A stretch of 63,354 nucleotides of DNA, counting the filler, from Phoronis australis (Eukaryota; Animalia; Phoronida), in the NCBI GenBank assembly GCA_002633005.1. It is 4 parts of 4 records of this genome, joined end to end, with 100 filler letters (N's around TTAATTAATTAA, not from the genome) between each part and the next. Parts side by side here need not be neighbours in the genome. Positions count along the whole stretch, not along the records: positions 37,037 to 60,454 come from NMRA01000015.1; 3 more parts are not named here. One strand, given 5' to 3'. A program made the translations under genes and the position numbers. A model generated the notes under the pieces. That model did no database searches. It saw nothing but the letters and a program-made list of their open reading frames with translations, and had not been told where the DNA came from. Below are positions 40,183 through 53,400 of the stretch, in pieces; position 1 is the stretch's first letter, and every line of letters begins with the position of its first letter.

Positions 40183-40572
40183 ACAAACATTTTAAGTGTG
40201 GTCTGCACGCTACCTATTGGCCACAAAACGTGACCTAATGAAAATAAATCCGAAAAGATTTCTGCCCCTGACCAGGGCTCGAACCCAGGACCTTTTCCTA
40301 TCCGTGCACACACTCTAGCCACTGAGCCATAGGGACCACCGGTCAAACACAGAAATCCACTCAGACTTAGCAATGGAATCCCGGTTATGAAATCGTGATT
40401 GTAAATATATAAAATCTTAAACCGGCGAGGAAATATAGATGGCATGGATAGCAAAAGATCCTAGGTTCGAGTCCCGGTCGGGGGTAGAAACCTTTTCCGA
40501 CTCATGTTCATTAGGGCACATGATATGATATGGCCAACAGGTGGCGTGCAGACCAGACTTAAAAGTGTTTGT
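40183..40572. mobile_element. TIR element with tRNA-like segments in both arms
   Basis: ACAAACATTTTAAGT.TGGTCTGCACGC / GCGTGCAGACCA.ACTTAAAAGTGTTTGT termini; minus-strand A box TGGCTCAGTGG and B box GGTTCGAGCCC at 40262-40335; plus-strand GGTTCGAGTCC at ~40463. Confidence 0.8.
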
Positions 40573-41110
40573 GGTCTATATTTCCACACCAACTTAAGAT
40601 TTACACACATATATATATATCATAGTAAAAAGCATAAGAAACAGCGACAATAGCCAGTTCAAGACAATCACATACAGAAGAAATATTGCTACCTGAACGT
40701 ATGAGTGAAGCACTGGTGTAGCCGTCTATATGAGATACATTTTATTGTCAATGAGTAAAACACTTTCTTTGAAAAACCCATTATTTCAGAATATAAACCC
40801 ACAAGCCTCCATATGCACAAAAAACATTGATTACCACATGAAACAACTCTGACTTACTACACATTAATAACCTATTACCATGATTTTATGAGCCATTCCA
40901 CCAGAAAATCAAAAAAAATCAAAAAATCCCTGTAGGGGTGACATCATCCAGATTCAGGTTAAACTTTGCGTATATGATCATGGTGTGGCTCTGTTACAAA
41001 AATTACCAATTATGCACTTATTGACCTCTTAGTTTTTTTACATATAGGCATTCAAAGGTTTACAAAGAAAATGACACATTTTTGCATACTGAAAACAGCA
41101 AATTTCCAAT

Positions 41111-43985
41111 ATAAACAAGAGCAATGCGGAGTGTTGAAATGCGTTCACGAGTGCACCGCAAACGGGGTACTTCTGGGGTTGTTTATTTGTATCATAAAAA
41201 TGGCCATTAGATGGTGCAAAAACGTCCAATCCATCCAAAAACGGGAAAACGCCATCACTTTTTTAATAGAAAGCTATTTACCAAATTTCATAAGAACAAC
41301 GGGGGGCGTTGAAATGTGCCCACGAATGCACTGCTAACGGTGTGCTTCTAGGAACATAAAAATGGCCACTAGATGGCGCAAAATACGTCCAATCCATCCA
41401 AAAACTTGTATGTGTCATCAAAGCTCTTTACCAAATTTCAGAAAAAGCCATCAAGGAACTTCTGTGAGACAGAAGAAAAAGAAAAAATGAAACTGCCACT
41501 AAGAGGCTACAGGCGCAAAAAAACATAAATACCACTAAGAGGCGCCACAGCAGATCAAGTCGTAGGAAAATCATCATCAGACTTCCTCTTCACATTAGGA
41601 ACAGACATGCCAATTTCCACAACCATCCTTAGAGTGGTCTGGTTGACAGAGGGGCAGATTCGAAAAGAGTAAAAATGGCCACTAGATGGTGCAAAATATC
41701 ATGAATAAAACCAAAATCCGGATAATAGCGTCAAATTACAAATAGCTACTTATCTGCCAAATTTTATGAAAATCCGCCGAGGACCTTTGAAGATAGAAGT
41801 AAAATTAGAAAAACTAAAATTGCCACTAGGGGGCACACTGGAAGTGGGATCCATCCGAAAGTCATCGTCATTTGTTGTCAAGCTCATATAAATACACTTG
41901 TTAAATTTAATAACTATCCTGCAGAGGGTTTCGCAGAAACAGGCTTAAAAAACTGCCACTAGGAGATGCCACAGTTATTGAGGATGTCAGAAAATCATCG
42001 GCAGCCCTCCTCTTCATATAAGGAACATACATACCAATTTCCGCAATCATCCTTGTGGTTTGATTGACATAGGGGCAGACACCAAATAACAAGACTCGAA
42101 AACAGTAAAAATGGCCACAAGGTGGCGCAAAATGCCTCAAATTTACCCAACACCGGATGATAGCATCAACTCACTAATAGATGCCTATCTGCCAAATTTT
42201 ATGAAAATCCCTTGTCGACCTTTTAAGATACAGAGGTTAATGTGAAAACTAAAATTGCCACTGGGGGGCACACTGCTAGCCCGATCTGTCCGAAAGTCAT
42301 CATCCTCTGTTGTCAACCTCATGTAAATACGCCAGCAAAATTCAATAAACATCCTGTAGAGCAGTTAGGAGATACAGCCATGGGCGCAAAAACAAACAAA
42401 ACTGTCGCTAGGAGGTGCCATAGCAGTCGAAAAGATCAGAAAATCGTCATCAGCTGGCCTCCTCACAGTAATAACATATATGTCAATTTTCAAAATCATC
42501 CCTAGAGCGGCTTGGTTGATAGAATGGCGAATGCCGAAAACAGACTCGAAAACAGTAAAAGCAGCCACTAGGTGAAGCAAAGTACCTCGAATCTGTCCGA
42601 AAACAAGAGGACGCCTAACTGTCAAATTGAGGAGGCAGTGTGGCCTGGTTGATAAGTGCCCGCTTTCTTTACTCGAGGTCGTGGGTTCAAGTCCCACCAG
42701 TTCACACTGCTAAACCCTTGAGCCAGGTTTCTAGCTCCTCAGCTCGGTTTTAACCATATATTAATAAAGCATAAAAATATTTCCAGGTGATCAGTGCAAT
42801 GGGCCCACATGCGAGGCCTGCGCACGTCTGGTACAACGTGTATCAGACAGCCTGCAATTATTTTTTTTTTAACTGTCAAATTTTATGAAAATGCCTTGAG
42901 GACTTCCGAAGATACAGAGGTAAGCGTAAAAAAATAAAATTGCCACTAGGGGGCACACCGGTAGTTAAAGAGGCCCGAAATTCGTCACCGTTCGCCGTCA
43001 GCTTCATAGGAGCACATCTGCCAAATTTCATTATTCATTATGATCCTGTGAGGGGTTTAGGAGATACAGCTGAAGACGCCGGACGCCCAGACAGAGATGA
43101 CGGCAATATGCAACCACATATAAATATTTGGATGCATACAAATCTGTAAAGGAACTTCACAGAAACGAAGGAAAACAGAAAAAATGCAGATCCCACAAGG
43201 GAGCACAGCGTTCGTTGGATCCGCCCTAAAGTCGTAGTCTGTTGTTATAACTAACTTAATTTAATAAAGCACCTGCAGTGGGTTTAGGAGATACAGTTAT
43301 GGGTGCAAAAGAAAACTACCCCTAGACGGCACCTCAGTAGTCGAAGTCATCATCGCCAACTGTCTTCTTCACACTGAGAACATTTATGTCAGTTTTCAAA
43401 ATCATCCTTAAAATGGTTGGGTTGGTAGAGGGTGGACTTGAAAACAGCAAAAATGGCCACTAGGTGGCATAAAATACCTCAATTTCATCCAAAATGAGAG
43501 GATAGTGTCATCTCACCAATAGATCCCTGTATTGCAAATTTTATGAAAATCTGTTGAGGACCTTTGAAAATAAAGAGGTAAACGTAAAAAACCAAAATTG
43601 CCACTAGGGGCACACTGATAGTCAGATTCCTTTGAAAGCCATCATCATCCGTTTTCAACATCATATAAATACCCTTGCTGAACTTAGTAGATCCTGCAAA
43701 CGGTTTAGGAGATACACCCATGGGTGCAAAAAACTGCCACTAGGAGGCGCCACAGTAGTCAAAGTTGTCGGAAAATCATCGTCAGCGGTCCTCTTAATAG
43801 TAGGAACATACAAGCCAATTCTCACAATCATCCTTAGAGCAGTTTGGTTGATACAGTGGTGGACGCCAAAAAACAGATTCGGAAACAACACCAGGTGGCA
43901 CAAACTATGTCGAATCCACCTGAAAACTGGAGGATAGCGTCATCTCACTAATAGATGTCTATTATGCCAAATTTTATGAAAATAC
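41111..43985 (+). repeat. Diverged tandem array (~145-bp subunits, ~435-bp trimer), partly inside a probable non-autonomous Helentron-like element (41111-43143)
   Basis: Recurrent CAAATTTTATGAAAAT, TGCCACTAGGGGGCAC and AAAATGGCCACTAG; starts ATAAACAAGAG; GGAC/AGAC-like tract and weak terminal hairpin at 43080-43143. Confidence 0.8.
42629..42870 (+). mobile_element. Full-length tRNA-derived SINE with 12-13 bp TSD
   Basis: TSD (T)AACTGTCAAATT at 42616-42628 and 42870-42882; A box TGGCCTGGTTG; B box GGTTCAAGTCC; T-rich tail. Confidence 0.85.
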
Positions 43986-44336
43986 GTTGACCAAAATTGA
44001 GCTGATTTACATCACGTGTGGTACACGTGTGCTATAATAATCATACAGACTTTCAGCCACGTACCTCAAAATTTTGCAGCCTCTATGAGTATTTTGAACC
44101 TGAATTCGAAAACAAAATGGCCACCACATCCAACATCTTGACAACAACAATAGGCTTCTAGCTATTTGGGAGCTAGAGCTTGTTCGTAAACTTTGAGAAA
44201 AATCTGATGAAAAATGTGACCTGTAGAGTGCAAATAAACACAAAAAACGTCAGAGCAACATACTTGGCGAAAAAATTTTCCCAAGTAATTACCTCCGTTT
44301 GCACATTATTTAAAATGATTTAGCAAGCATCCTTAC

Positions 44337-44498
44337 CTCCAACTTCTACATTGAAGTTGACAAAGTGTAGCAATACATGATGAAGGGGCTGTACCCCAAC
44401 TATGGTCCAGTCACACACCAGATTGGTTGTGTACTTGTCTGGGAAGGACGGACTTTCGATAACACCCCCGATGCCCCTGTCTAGCACTTCTGTGCAGG
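44337..44498 (-). CDS. CUB-gene exon (first half of last visible CUB)
   Basis: ttgcag|CCTG...GGAG|gtaag; CTEVLDRGIGGVIESPSFPDKYTTNLVCDWTI. Confidence 0.92.
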
Positions 44499-47400
44499 CT
44501 GCAATCATTAAAGGTGTACTCTCAAGTTTAAACATGTAAGTACAATTTGTGAAGTTGAATATAAGAAAGCAACTCTCTTCACACCAGCCAGCCGAAAGTG
44601 ACATGGAAAACTTTAACAGTACATTGTTGACTCAGCCTATGACATCATTACTAGACAGAGAACTAAATCTGTGTGTGGCATTCCAGTTGTACCTGGATTT
44701 GACTGTTGCCCAATGGGGCTCATATCAACAAGTGCCCTTTATGTCTATTATATTCATTATGCAAGCAATTCAATCAGTTCTTGAATTATATCTGTGGTCT
44801 GGGAATGATGCCTCGTATTTGGAAAAGAAATTATATTGTGGAAGAGTATTTAAGCGCAATATGCTTCCAACCCTATGACAATTTTGTGAACAAAGGGACA
44901 TATAAGGTTAGGAAAGGTTTCGGAATGTATCTTTAGTTGTTCTTGGTTTCAACGGACAGTGCTAATCAATTGTTATATGAAGCACAGCTTAGGAAGGTCA
45001 AACTTCAAAGTATGTTAAAATGAAAAATCGGTTTGTTTAAGCCAAAAATAACATCTATGAGTTCCATTTTCATTGCAGAAGAGTTAAACTGCCTGATTTC
45101 ACACGAAAATTTTTGTGAGGAGCTTAAAATTAATCAAACCATTAGACATCAGAAGGCAATTATCATATTACCAAGATAGCAACCTAATAACTTTAAATGA
45201 AATTTCTTCATAAGCACAAGTTAGTGAATAATCAGTCTACCATACTTTCAGAATACTAAAGACACATCAACGCTAAGCAGAACAATGTGTGATTTCTAGG
45301 TGTCAACAACCAATAGGAGAAATGACTTAAAGATAATTAAGACCTTCATTAAGACAAGTTTATTACATGGTCAGTTGTTAGAATTAGACAAATGGGACTT
45401 TTTATGAATTTTAAAAACATTGACAACTGTAGGACGGAACAGATTTTTATAATTAAGTACTGTCAAACCACAACAGACAATAATAGAAATTAACTTAGTC
45501 ATTGATATATAATTTTTTTTCTGTAATTAAGTAAAACTTTATTAATGATTAATCTGTTCAGTGTTTTTCATACTCAATGTTTTGTGAAATGCAGACAACG
45601 TTTATTTGGTTAATTGTTGACAGTAACTCATAAGCCTAAAGAGCTGGTTTTGTTTTTTAAATATGATTGTATAGTAAACCTGTTCAAATATTGTATAATA
45701 AACCCGTTCAATCATTTTCCTCAGACACTGAACTCACTTCACAAGGGTTAAGCCAATTAAGATGCAGGTGCCCAGTCTGTTAATTCATAATAAATGACAA
45801 AAATGCAGAAGTTGAAATAACCGAGTGCTCAGGCATATTCCAGTCTGTGTTTATCACTGCATGCATTCAAATGGAAGGCTAAAACATAAACGCATTATCA
45901 GAGACAATTGCATACTCGTAATGGCCGTGTGTAGTAAAGGTACCCCAACTTGAAGACGGATGAGTACATATCCTGAGTGGAACGTATTGGAGTGTCTACA
46001 GTTTTCTCAAACAATTCTATGATTATAGTTGCAATACAGAATGCAATGGAGTGTCTACAGTTTTCTCAAACTATCATTATAGCTGTAATACACAACTTGA
46101 TGCCATATTTCCTATATGAACAAAACCACAAGAAGGAAACATAGGGTGATTATCACAAAACATACCCTGAAACTTTTGCTAATACTTTTTTCCAAAAGAG
46201 GCAGGAATGTCAAATTTTGCAGACCGTCAACTTATGTTTTCAGCTCATGCTGATGTTGAACATTTTTTTAATGCAAGCACTTTTGGCAGTGTACCAGTGG
46301 TTTTCCTTGACGCTCGTTGCATTTAGTGTAGTGAAGCATCAGGAGGCGGGAAATGTTGGTAAAGATGGCCTCGTTGAGCTGAGACAAAGTTTTACAACTA
46401 TGAATTTAGGCACTTTTACAGTATCTAAGCACAACTCGATGCACCTTACCAAATTTAAAAATACACGCTGCTCAATCATCAAATACATCCACTGAGCACG
46501 CAACCAACAAGCTGAGAAAAGAAGGTGATAAGCAGCATTTAGCAACCTCTTTACAGCTCATGTTACAGCTTTTGTTCATATTGTGCAGGCTTATGCACAG
46601 TGTCAACTCCATAGCTCAAGCATAAAAAATATTAGCCAAAGTTTGGAGCTAGTTTTAAGAGAATCGCTCTACACTAGTCCTTGTCCAACATTCTACATCC
46701 AAAACTGGTGACACTTAAACATACATGAGGGCATTTCTCATACCTTTGTCTGTTTTGTGACTCATGAACATAAAGTAAGCCTTGAAGCCATTGTCGGAGT
46801 GCGTGTCATTATTGGAGTGAAACACCAACTTGAGCCCAACTGCACTATGATGGGCTGGAATAGGGCCTGGTGAGGCATCATCATTGCCACAATAACGCTG
46901 GTAAAACAAGTCACTGGTCAAACTGCTATTGGATGGATCCGGCATCAGGTGGTAAACTTCCAGCCAATCACCAGTGCAGCTGAAACATTAGATTTACATA
47001 AATTATGTAAAGCTCATTAAAAAATTGCTATTTGCAAAGGGTCCGAAAACTAGTGGCACTTCAGCACATTAAGGACAGCTTCCAATTTTTCAACAGAAGC
47101 CAAAAATTTTGGGTACTTTTCAATAAAAGTTTTACATCACTATGACTTGTAAAGGTGAGGGTTTAAACTGAAACGCTCACCATTACACAAAACTGAGTGA
47201 AATCATAAAACCTTTAAAACAACCATAAAACTGTTCATTTATCAATTTCTAAATTAAAATAATGATAGAAAGTACATTTTAGATAGCAAACCAGTTAGTC
47301 CCCAAGCAATTTTTACCAAACATTTTTTGGCCTGGCACTTATTCCAAACCAGCGCCTATTCAACACAGCCAGTTTTGCACTCACTGTGTAGACTGTTGTT

Positions 47401-50400
47401 ACCAACTGCATGGAATGTTTGATACCTTTATATAAATAAATATTGTTTTGAACAGTGTTCATTTCACTTGAAAATGATATCCAGATGTTATTAACAACTT
47501 TACAACAACCATTACATCACTCATGATTTCTAACGCTTGCAGTGCATCTATTCATCATTTCCACGCAGTAGACCCTAGAGAATTCTGCGAAACAGTGAAT
47601 TGTGGTAAGCATTGTTTTTTCAATTAGCATTCAATTAGCACCTTGGCGTTTATTTAGAGTAGTGTTTTTTCTGCTTTTGCCCGGAGCTTATTGGAGACCG
47701 AGGCTCAAAAGACTGCTCCACCTAAGAAACACTACAGTATACAGGAATGAAACAAGAGGATTTTTCAGACAACTAAAAATAAGAACAAGAATTTACTTTT
47801 TACAAAATTTCAGTGAGGACATTTTTTGAAAGTTTGCTAAAATCGCAGTACTTAAGCAGTCTCAATATCACACTCAACTGCACAATTTCCGCACCAGATT
47901 CTGATAATGCTTGAACAAAATCGACCTCTTAAAAATAATTACTGGCAGCAAATTAGGCAAGCAGGCCTGCCATTTCATGGAAAGTAGTCATCCAGGGAGT
48001 CATCATTAATTTCTCCAAATGATGACTGCCTTAAGATTACAATACTTCACACATTGTCCATTACCTGTCTCCAGTTTTTCCGAAACCAAAGAAACGGAAA
48101 GTACTAAATGACACCATTGTGCCTTCGCCAGGCAGAGCCCTGAACTCGTAAACACAATCCATATCACTGGGGTACGTCAAAGGATGGCGTGGTGAGTTGA
48201 ACACCCCCGACTTGTGCCGAGAGCTGAGGTAAACGAAGTGGCACTTGTTCTCTTGGATGGGAGTTCCTGGGATAGCGAAGTCTGCAAGTAGGAGGGCAGT
48301 GGGATTAACAACAGTGTTGGTCAAACTAATGTTGTAGGAGGGTAGTAAGAGTAACAACAGTGTTGGTCAAACTAATGTAGAAGGGGAGTGGGGAAATGGT
48401 ATCATAATTATCAATTATGGTATCATTAATTTGCTTCATTCACAAGTCCCAAGCCAACTCATTCTCACATGAACACACACACACACAAACTTCACAAATA
48501 TATAACGTTCCAGTGTTTACAACATTTGTTTCATTCCATAAGTCCAAGTCAACTCATTCTCATACGAGCACACGCACACAAACTTCACAAATATAGAACA
48601 TTCCAGTTTCAATGTTACAGTGAGTAGCTTCCCAAAATTTAGAGCAAACCTGGTGTTTTTAAAAATGATCAACTCAGTTATAACATGACAAGTACATAAC
48701 TGTAAAAAGCTCAGACTGTACTCTATTCTATACACTTACAGGGTGGAAAGAAGCAGACACCATATGAGAGGAACATTCACCATAGACTTACCTTTAATAA
48801 AAGTGTAGGACAAGTTGAACCCTGTGCCACTGATCTGTCCACCAGAGCTGTTGAACTCGACCACTAGGCGGGGATTGGACGAGAACATAGGGCGGGGTAG
48901 AGCCGAACCGCACAACACTCGGTTAGGGCTTGATGTGACAGGGCTCTGACCGTCCAGGTAAAACGACACCTTGGCACTGCTACACCTGGTCATGTGTAAA
49001 ACTCATTAGATCGAGATGTAGTCATACATAACACAATACATATCACTTAGTCGGCAATAATTATTTCTATGAACTAGACTTCCAGTGGACAGTGGTGATA
49101 GTGGGGAGGGGTCATCAGTCTTATTGCTCCCCGAGCTATAATTATATTCTAGTTACGCCACTGCCAATGAAGCATTCCAAATGCAGTTCAGATAAAATAA
49201 GCAAAGTTTAAGACAGTCATTTGACAAATCTTGAGAAAAGAGCAATGCATATGGAGGATTACATATGGACAATTATGGTGGTATGATGATCACATAAAAC
49301 TTAGGAAAATGGCGGAAAATATTAGATTGCATTAAGTGCATGCAGGATTGTAGAACACTGTCCATCAACTATAACCCTATCACTATCTTGCAACAATGCT
49401 GTCCATCAAGTACCCCATCACTATCTTGCAACAATACTGTCCATCAACTACCTCCTCACTATCTTGCAACAAGGCATATTGCATCATGTCCTCACTATAG
49501 AACAAAATGGCTATTACACGGTATGAAAACCGAGAAATTCAAGTGGAATTCACCATCACACGTCGCAGGTTCCGGCTATAGTGGGAAATACAGGTCAAGA
49601 CTCTAATTGAAGAAGAGCAAAATGATGGGAAACATTGAACTTTGTTCAATTTTTGTGGCGTGTGCAATACATGTACCTAGCAAACTTGGGCATGTCCAAC
49701 TTGTTCATAGTCACCTTGACCTTCTCCAGGCGTTGACTGTCTTTCAGGCCATCCAGGAAGTAGAAACAGCTGGTGTTCTGTGGGTACTGACCAGGAAAGT
49801 TGGGCGACGCCAGAGTACCATTTGACTCACCTTTACTACGGATGACCTGGTCGCACTCTGTGAAAATTTATAGATAGGAAATAACTGCCATCCTCGGGAA
49901 GCTCTTTAAGTTTCACAAAAGTAGAAATGATGTCAACTTTTTACCAAAAAAACCAGATACACAAGAAAAAATAGCATCCCTGACCCTATTTGCCTTGTGC
50001 GTGAAACTCTACCAATATTCGGAATTAGGTACATGTGTCTATATGAGACACTTGAGAAAACCAAATATAATGCATGCAAAATTGGACTTATCTGTTTACA
50101 AAATGATGTCAATGTGTATACAAAAACCTCTCGTTTCAGGTTTCAACTACAGACGACAGTGATTTCTAAATCAAGGCTACTCCAAATATCAGTCCAGTCC
50201 ATTGGAAAGTATTCTCGTGCACTTTTGTACACGACACGCAGGCCAATTATCAACCCCTGTCCAAAGAGATACTAAAACCATAATTCATCAACGCGTACCA
50301 GAAAACTGAAACCTCACACATCTACTTCAAAAACCACCAGCTCTAATCCACATCAGTTTATTTCAGCCTGTGTTTTATTGCCTTGAATCCAGCGCTAATA

Positions 50401-53400
50401 CCGCTAATGCTGTACTTGCTCTACCTCACACAAAACGACCTTAGATCAGATTCCCGGATAAACGAGCTTCTTGATGACGGGAAGGGCACAAACCTACTGA
50501 CACAGTACCACGTGCTATGAAACAGGCGGAGATTTTAATGTAGCAACAGTAAACCATCAGCCACTTATGAAATTAACAGATATAAAGGACAACTACCTGA
50601 CTGTCTATAGCTGAAGTTTAGGTGTCAGCACCGATGTGTGAAGCACTTGAGCAAAAAAGATTTCTTTGAAAAAATGCATTCGAATAATACACGCACACAC
50701 GCTCAATAAAAGTCGTAAGTCACTACTGCATTTTGGTAAATGAGCAGTACATTTTACAATGCTCACCAGCTCAATGCTCACCACCTAAATGGTCACCAGC
50801 TCAATGGTCACCAGCTCAATGCTCACCAGCTCAATGCTCACCAGCTCAATGCTCACCAGCTCAATGCACACCAGCTCAATGCTCACCAGCCCTGTGCTCA
50901 CCACTTAAATGGTCACCAGCTCAATGGTCACCAACTCAATGGTCACCAGCTCAATGCCCCCCAGCTCAATGCGCACCAGCTCAATGCTCACCAGCTCAAT
51001 GCTCACCAGCTCAATGCTCACTAGCTCAATGCTAACTGCAGCATTTTTAATCAAAAAGCTATTCAGATTTTGGAGAAACGAAATCACTAATAATTTCAAG
51101 AATATAGTAATTTACATTTTGTTTACTTTCCTTTTTAGTTATTATACTTATTGTGTAACCAATTCCTAAGGCAAGTCTGCCACCTAGTGGCAATAATTGT
51201 CACCCTGGGCACACCATAAATTCTTGCTTTCCACTCTTTAATAGTCAAGGCTTTACATTGCTTAAATTCCCTGCAACTGACTTAATCTTTGAATAACGCA
51301 CAGAACAGCAATAACTGCTCACTGACTCCGGATGCTTTAGGTCAGATTGTTATAATAACTTTGCGATCAATATTTGATGGTAGAGAAGACTACCGTACAG
51401 GAGCTACTTTGTGCAGAATTACAAGGCATGCGGACGAATTCATTAAAAATATTGTAATGACAGTAAATGTTTCATTAAACACACGCCTTGACATTGATTT
51501 TTTGCAAATTAATTGTCAATTTTTAATATAGATGAACTGTCTGTATTTCATATGGAGTAAGATGTCACAGGCGTTGTCCAAAGACATTAAGACAACAACA
51601 TTTAACAATCTACCATTATAACACAACATGTAACAATCTACTATAATAAGACAATGCACTCGTGGGCATTCATAACAATATAGAACCCATGATCAAACAA
51701 AGAGATCTGGCAATTACTTTTTTTCGTAAATTGTTGAGTTTTACTTATTTTCATCAATGATGAGTTAAGAACTAATCCAAGGTTACAGTACCATGAAAAT
51801 ACGATAACTTCATTCTCTCATTTTTTAAAAAAGTGAATATTTAGTTTCACATTACTGACTTATTCAATGTTTATACATAGACAAATAACACTTACCAGTG
51901 CCACGGATATGGAAAGCATTCTCACTATTGACAAAACGGCCTATAAATGAAGAGAAAAGTAGCCAACGAGTAGAAATGGCAGAGTAAACATACGTCAGCT
52001 TAGGTCATGAATATCACTGGCAATCCAGAGTAGACATCTGTACTTTGCTAGACTAGAAACCTGCTAAAAACCAGACATCTAGTAACAGTTGCAAGATGCC
52101 ATCAAATCAAGACAACCTAACATCATAAGAAGACCAAACAATATTTCATAAAATGACAACAAAACACTTCACGCTGAACTTGATACAATACGATTAAAAG
52201 AACATCCTCTACATATCACAAGTGTGTGTCTTCCTTAAGGTTAAGTACGATCTTATTGAAAAGACTACATATTTAGCTAAATATCTACAAAACTATAGAT
52301 TTTTGACTCGGCAAAAAACATATTTCATGAACGTAAAAATAGATAGTTTTCCAAATATCATTCCATTTTCATTTTATGCAACTTATTTTTTTCATAAAAA
52401 CCATATCAATCTTATTTTTTCATAGTCCTTCATCCTGAAGTGGATCATATAAAACTCCATCTTTAGGCAAATCTTATGCTATTAAACAGGATTTGCACGC
52501 AAGTGGACGAGAAAGCGTGCGTTGTTTACCCAGAGTATCCAGTCCTCAGCACATCAAAGGATTGATGGCGCTGTCACAGATTGAAGTGAGAGAGTCGCTA
52601 TTGGGATTGGCTGAACATGTTGGATGAGATAATTACGGTCGTAAACTAAGACGCCTGCTTAACGTAGGAATTTTAAAGTAAAAAAACTAACAATAAATAA
52701 GGCATACGACCAATATGAATAGTGAATAGCAGTCGTCTTTAAATTCTTAAAATCCAATTTATGCATTTAAGAGAAATTAGAGAATAGGTTTTCTTTAGCA
52801 TTGCGGCTGAGCAACGAGCATTAATTTGAGAATCGATTAGGATGGGTTAGTCACAGTCTGGCTTAGGCTCACCAAGTGTAGGAGTTGTCTCATGCAATTC
52901 CAAACATCATTTTGGAGACCAATATAGTATCTGAAATTTTATGTGAATCTAATGTGCAATTTCTGAGATACGATGTCCCAAAACCGAACATATTTCTAGA
53001 GTTCTACATAACCTTAAAGATGTATTTGCATGCTCCTAACTATGATAATGTATTGCAGGAACTAGAGGACAATGCTATTTGAAAATCATCTATGCTAAAC
53101 TAAGTGCAGTTCTATTCATTGACAACTTGTAAATGTGAAAAAAATCTGCAAACAGGTGACCCTTGCACTAATAACGTACCTCGTGGGCTCACATAGCCCG
53201 TGTCAAGTAGTATATTCTCCATCACCACGTCATGATACTTACTGGATAAGGTTCAGTGAATTGCGGTGGATCATTTTTGTCACAAACCTCATTCAATTTT
53301 CAACCTAATTAATATTCACATCGTCACTATATGTTGTTTCTAAGTAATTTGACCAAGTAATCACAGAAATAATGAATTGGCCTGCAATTTCCACCTTGAT

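Noticed and set aside
40262-40335. Possible tRNA gene (also 42630-42700 and 6595-6665)
   Set aside because: A/B boxes are present but the anticodon arm and cloverleaf are not convincing, and each sits inside a repeat; treated as tRNA-derived.
49340-49825. Plus-strand ORFs 49340-49606 and 49607-49825
   Set aside because: The first is mostly a 38-bp tandem repeat; the second is antisense to a CUB exon.
50733-51169. Repetitive ORFs (QCSPA)n / (NAHQL)n
   Set aside because: Translation of a 15-bp minisatellite within an intron.
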